Below are positions 60,101-64,000 of a stretch of DNA of 64,000 bases, one piece after another (the first letter of the stretch is position 1; each line of letters opens with the position of its first letter). A program made the translations under genes and the position numbers. The notes below the pieces were generated by a model. It did no database searches. It was not told the origin of the DNA and worked only from the letters and a program-made list of their open reading frames with translations. The DNA is from Balanoglossus misakiensis (Eukaryota > Animalia > Hemichordata). The stretch spans positions 11,420,894 to 11,484,893 of the forward strand of contig CM082589.2 of NCBI GenBank assembly GCA_040954595.2. The letters are read 5' to 3'.

Positions 60101-62983
60101 ACAAAAGTGATAATGATGCAATCATATTACTGTAAAACGGCAAATTTTCCCAAACTTCGGCAAAAAAAAAGAAGAAAATAAAGTCGCATAAAATGTTTTT
60201 CAGAGATAACAGAGTAGTTAGTAAAATACTAGAATGCGGAAATTTAATTCTCGTGTCACAGTTGCCTCTTTTGATATATTGCAAAATATTTTCTGTCACG
60301 AAAATGTCCCGTTTTACAGTATGTGACAAGACATAACAAGGGGTAGAGATGACAATTTGTCAAGATATTAATTAATTTGTAAAGTTTATGTATGAATGAT
60401 AAAAAAATTCACTCACGCAGTACATAGAGTAAAAAGTTGCACTGTGCATTGTTGCCAGCTGTATCTGAAGCAACATAGCTGATCTGGTAGGTTCCCCAGG
60501 AAAAGGTGTCACCTGTAAGAACAAAATTATGCACATCATTACAGGCATGGGTGCTAAAGCCAAAATAGCTTCCGTTTCTTGAATGTTTTTCATGATTTTC
60601 TTTTCAAACTTAGAATGGTCCATTTAAGTGAGCTATCTGGTGGGTATACACAGGCATATTATCAACTCCTGATTGTGACTGTACATATAAACATGAACAA
60701 GATATGTATACTAAACAGATATGGTGCCGCACACGTTTATTCAACTGCCCATTGTAAGAGAACACAACATTTGTGGTATGGGTATCCCCAGTAGTAGTGG
60801 AGAATATTAAGTACTTTACTGATTAAAGGCCTTGCTCAACAGTTGGTCAAATCTTTTGTTTCCAATAAACAATTACGTGCAAACACAAATGCTTTCGAGT
60901 TTTAACTTCATTGTACTGCCCTGGGATCGAGGAAAGGGCCTATAAACATATGGTAATAGTATCAGCAATTGAGGCTTTAATACTTGGAAGCAAGATCATC
61001 TGTCGCACATAGGATGTGCTAGCCATATATGAGTAACGGCCACAAGAATAAACTGTACCAGTATGCTTCATACTGACCATAATCTTAGGAAAGTTGTCTC
61101 AGCTTGTTGGTTTCTGTTTAGATCAACTCCCCACCCCACCCCGATAAAAAAAACTTAGTTAGTGTGAATGTTATATATTATCTATAATCAGAAATGATAT
61201 TTTATAGGAAACTTACCCATTGTGTAGGTTTGTGTCACATTGGCAATGGCGACATAATCTGTAAATATAGGCTCCTGCCATACTCCTGTTGTCAAGCTAT
61301 TAGGACTAATTATACGGGTCGTATTGGGACAGTAAATGACTTCAGGAGCGTGTTTATCTGAAGAAAAAAAAATGAAAGAATAACAAATGTTTGTAAATTA
61401 AACAACTGGTCCACACCCCCTATGCATACACTGGTACATTTAGGTAAATGCACTACTAGATGTTAATATCTGTCACATATTCATGAGAAATCCAGATATT
61501 GTTAAGTGCTTGTTTTCTGATACATGTGAATAGACTAGATCACTGTCAAGAAACACTACAAGATAGGACAGGAGTCATGAGATGGTATCCATAGGCATAA
61601 TAACTGATATGATCAATTACACTCATGATAAGCCTAGTTCTTGGAACAGCAGAAACTGATGATGATGATGGTGATGATGATGACGATGATGATGATGATG
61701 GTGGTGGTGGTGGTGATGATGATGATTATGATGATGATGATGGTGATGGTGGTTGTGAATAGTATCATTACATTCAGTGTTAAATACATGTACGGTAGAA
61801 ACAAAAAGAGTGAGCGATACAGGCATGGGCAGATGATGATTCCCTATACTTCCTAAAGTAGGGAGATTGCAGGCTGTGTGATTGGAGTACAACACACAGC
61901 AGCTAGGGGCTGGTGAATGTACACAGGAAAAACTACTCAAAATTTCACACAGTTTTCCCTGGACAGACACAACATTACAAGGAGAGCTGTGTTAAAGTAA
62001 GGATTTAGGATTAATCAACTCTGTGAATATGACCCAATTTCTCCTCGTCAGATTATGCATAAAATTGTTTGATAGTAATGAATAAGGCTATTTACCAACA
62101 GGTGTGCATGGTGAACCAGAGTAACCAATTGGGCACCTGGTACTTCCACAAGCTGATGGCTGGATTTTGACCACACTACCCAATAACTCTTGATCCATTT
62201 CAACCCACATGACATGATTGCCAAGTGGACTTTGTGAACAGTTCAAAGCCAGACTCTGGATTTCAACAGGAGTCAATACATAATCGTATACATTCATCTG
62301 TGTAACATCACCATGGAAGCTAAAATAGTTGTCAAGGAGTCCATTTTCGTCATAGCTTTGACCAAGAATTACCATACAGCTGTTGAAAAACAAGAGAATA
62401 ATGAATTCATTAAAAGTGCTGGTAAGAAGTTGTCAAAAATAAACTGTGAAAATCAGTATCGTTCCGCATAAGTTTGAATTTGAAAGTGCCACGAAGATAG
62501 CTTTGCTGATGTCCATAGTTTGCTCCCTTGATTTTTTTGGCCAGTTTTGTTGTAAGTCGCAACATGTTATGATGATATTGTATTGTCATGTAGGAGTAAG
62601 ACAAGCTACCTAGCAGATAAGTTATAAACAAGATAACTGCTTCACAAATAAATGGTTCACTTCTCTTGAGGCTTGGGAAAACTTGACAGTATAGGAAAAT
62701 ATAGAATTTTAACATGTGATGATGACAATTTTCTATGGCTTTGTAGGAGTTAAAAATGTTCGGAGTTCCACTAGCAACTTACTTTTCTGAGTCATCGATA
62801 CCTGTCCAGGATGGAAGGGGTGATGTTACTGCAACACCATTCAAGTAAACTGCCACAATGCCTTCTTCAATTACCATGACAACATTATGCCACGAGTTGT
62901 CATCTACTGATACGGTTACACCATTTGTACTGACAGATAGACTTCTGTCCAGGACAAGAAGGGTACTATCAACTTGGGTTAAG
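53874..62983 (-). CDS. 3' part of a large type I membrane protein gene, Uninflatable/SVEP1-like (pentraxin/LamG, HYR, sushi, ephrin-receptor-like Cys repeats, EGF, TM, NPxY tail); 5' end lies beyond the window
   Basis: 15 phase-compatible exons: 62783-62983, 62096-62379, 61217-61357, 60417-60512, 59217-59417, 58561-58813, 57844-57992, 57088-57249, 56681-56842, 56269-56436, 55970-56131, 55278-55400, 54855-54983, 54491-54587, 53874-54138. All GT-AG except one acceptor (59418). Confidence 0.9.
54491..54587 (-). CDS. Transmembrane exon
   Basis: DSSVDTAVIIGGVAGGLAAVLVLGVIMLLMYQR, AG/GT flanks. Confidence 0.88.
54855..55400 (-). CDS. Two EGF exons (55278-55400 calcium-binding type; 54855-54983)
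   Basis: DAHECRLGLDDCHPNATCRNLVPGYECTCKTGFTGDGITC; DKCEGFCSNNAVCIKDSDGNPVCECTDEYQGETC. Confidence 0.9.
55481..55663. mobile_element. Kolobok-like MITE (intronic)
   Basis: TTAA|AGGTATACGGTCACCT ... AGGTGACTGTATACCT|TTAA. Confidence 0.8.
55970..57249 (-). CDS. Four ephrin-receptor-like (GCC2/GCC3) Cys-repeat exons
   Basis: C..CP.G.Y......C..CP.G..T...G......C in exons of 162, 162, 168 and 162 nt, phase 1-1. Confidence 0.92.
57722..57806. mobile_element. Small piggyBac-like MITE (intronic)
   Basis: TTAA|TCCTTTCAC ... GTGAAAGGG|TTAA. Confidence 0.65.
57844..58813 (-). CDS. Two exons of a stalk domain with RRKR furin-type site
   Basis: ..CGGECNFDDLEITCGASNRRKRQADTQLVVQFSF.. and SADAAVVVIEDAVKNG..CSNGSVLVGEEC. 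Confidence 0.85.
58062..58269. mobile_element. TA-flanked Tc1/mariner-type MITE (intronic)
   Basis: TA|CTGTAAA ... TTTGCAG|TA; related element at 60130-60319. Confidence 0.65.
59217..59417 (-). CDS. Sushi/CCP exon (acceptor reads AT, not AG)
   Basis: PFDCEKPAPPVKGISICNEFESGVFCQVDCLPGYKFASLPAPYYLCHSEGSFNPENPDEEFTFPGCS. Confidence 0.8.
60130..60319. mobile_element. TA-flanked Tc1/mariner-type MITE (intronic)
   Basis: TA|CTGTAAAACGG ... CCGTTTTACAG|TA. Confidence 0.75.
60417..61357 (-). CDS. HYR domain, two exons (61217-61357, 60417-60512)
   Basis: DKHAPEVIYCPN..WQEPIFTD..GDTFSWGTYQISYVASDTAGNNAQCNF. Confidence 0.88.
61658..61752. repeat. (GAT/GGT)n intronic microsatellite
   Basis: Direct reading. 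Confidence 0.95.
62096..62983 (-). CDS. Pentraxin/LamG domain exons (62783-62983, 62096-62379)
   Basis: DDNSWHNVVMV..VYLNG; VILGQSYD..SFHGDVTQMNVYDYVLTPVEIQSLALNCS..GNHVMW. Confidence 0.88.
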
Positions 62984-63284
62984 CTGCCAAGAAATTCAAA
63001 ACAGAGATTAGACATAAATCGGTGCATCAGCTGGTACTTTTGGGAAATTATCACACTTTTTTCAAACTGCACCACCTTTAGCCCATACAGAAGTATGCAC
63101 TGAACTATGTACAAGTATTATGAACCCTAAGTATGAGTGCATATGCAAGTTTAAACCAGACAAATAATAAATCTTCGCCGCAAAGGAATATGGTCGCCAC
63201 CGTGAGAAAATGCAAAATACAATTAAAGTTGCAAGCAGCGTTGGCGGGGCACAAGCGGTTCCCATGGTAACAAGCAAATGCCAA

Positions 63285-63700
63285 GGCTGTATCTGCTGTG
63301 GATACCAAGATATTGGAAAGTAGGTCAAAGGTCACCTGAGGTCACCCCAAATTTGGGCAAAAAAATCGGACCCCATACTAGTCTAGGTCCAACAAAAACC
63401 AAACACCTAGCTCTATTGGTTCGCCTAGAATTAGGTATGCGCATAATTAATGAGGTCTTGTGTAAGACTCCATATCTGCTCCATCGGCCCTCCAAAAGCC
63501 AGGACTCTAACTGCTGTGGATGCTGAGATATGGGAAATTAGATCAAAGGTCATCCAAGGTCACCCAAAATTTGGGCATAAAATGTTGACCCCAGAGTGGG
63601 CCATGTCCAACTAAAACCAGACCTCTAGCCCTATTGGTTAGCCTGGAATTAGATATGCAGAAAAATGATGTTTCAGAAATAGGTCAAGGGTCATTGCCAA
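63285..63700. repeat. ~225-bp tandem units related to the local inverted repeats at 21716-21985
   Basis: ctgctgtggat..agatat.ggaaa.tag.tcaaaggtca..aggtcaccc.aaatttgggca at ~63293 and ~63511. Confidence 0.6.
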
Positions 63701-64000
63701 AATTACCAAAATAGCTGTGTCATGTCCTGGCAGCATTGGTACCCATGTCCACAAAATTCATGACTGTGGTGCTTTTACAAGAGGAGGTATGGGGATATGC
63801 ATATATAATTAGTTGTTTTAAAACTGGGTCAAAGGTCATGTCAAAATTGCCCCGAAAAATTGTAACAACTTCCGGTCATATGATGACTCATATCCAAAAA
63901 AAGAATTTACGTGCTGTCAACATTTTGGCTACAAAACAGAATTTTCATTTTTCAATGGTTTTCCGAAAATCCAACATGGCCGCCATAATGATCGACCAAT

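Noticed and set aside
61623-61970. Poly-His / poly-Met ORFs
   Set aside because: Translation of an intronic (GAT/GGT)n microsatellite.

Overview
AT-rich, intron-containing animal genomic DNA, probably a marine invertebrate (inferred from the repeat families and gene architecture). From left to right: (1) 1.7-6.7 kb, scrambled head-to-head copies of a small spliced tandem OB-fold (RPA-like) gene. (2) 6.7-8.1 kb, a GC-rich coding relic. (3) 8116-13004, a full-length minus-strand Mag-like Ty3/Gypsy LTR retrotransposon with 204-bp LTRs (1 mismatch), a tRNA-Leu PBS and one gag-pol frame broken by two in-frame stops. (4) A ~27.6-kb imperfect palindrome (arms ~14370-25464 and ~31788-41960). Its arms are built of smaller nested inverted repeats and carry arm-specific MITE/Helentron insertions, and its 6.3-kb spacer holds a promoter-bearing, internally deleted pentraxin-like gene remnant. 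(5) An 82/86-bp satellite starting exactly where the right arm ends, with a recent 2566-bp tandem duplication that includes an L2/CR1 RT fragment. (6) 53874-62983, the 3' 15 exons of a minus-strand Uninflatable/SVEP1-like type I membrane protein gene. All alignments were done by eye; no identities were computed.
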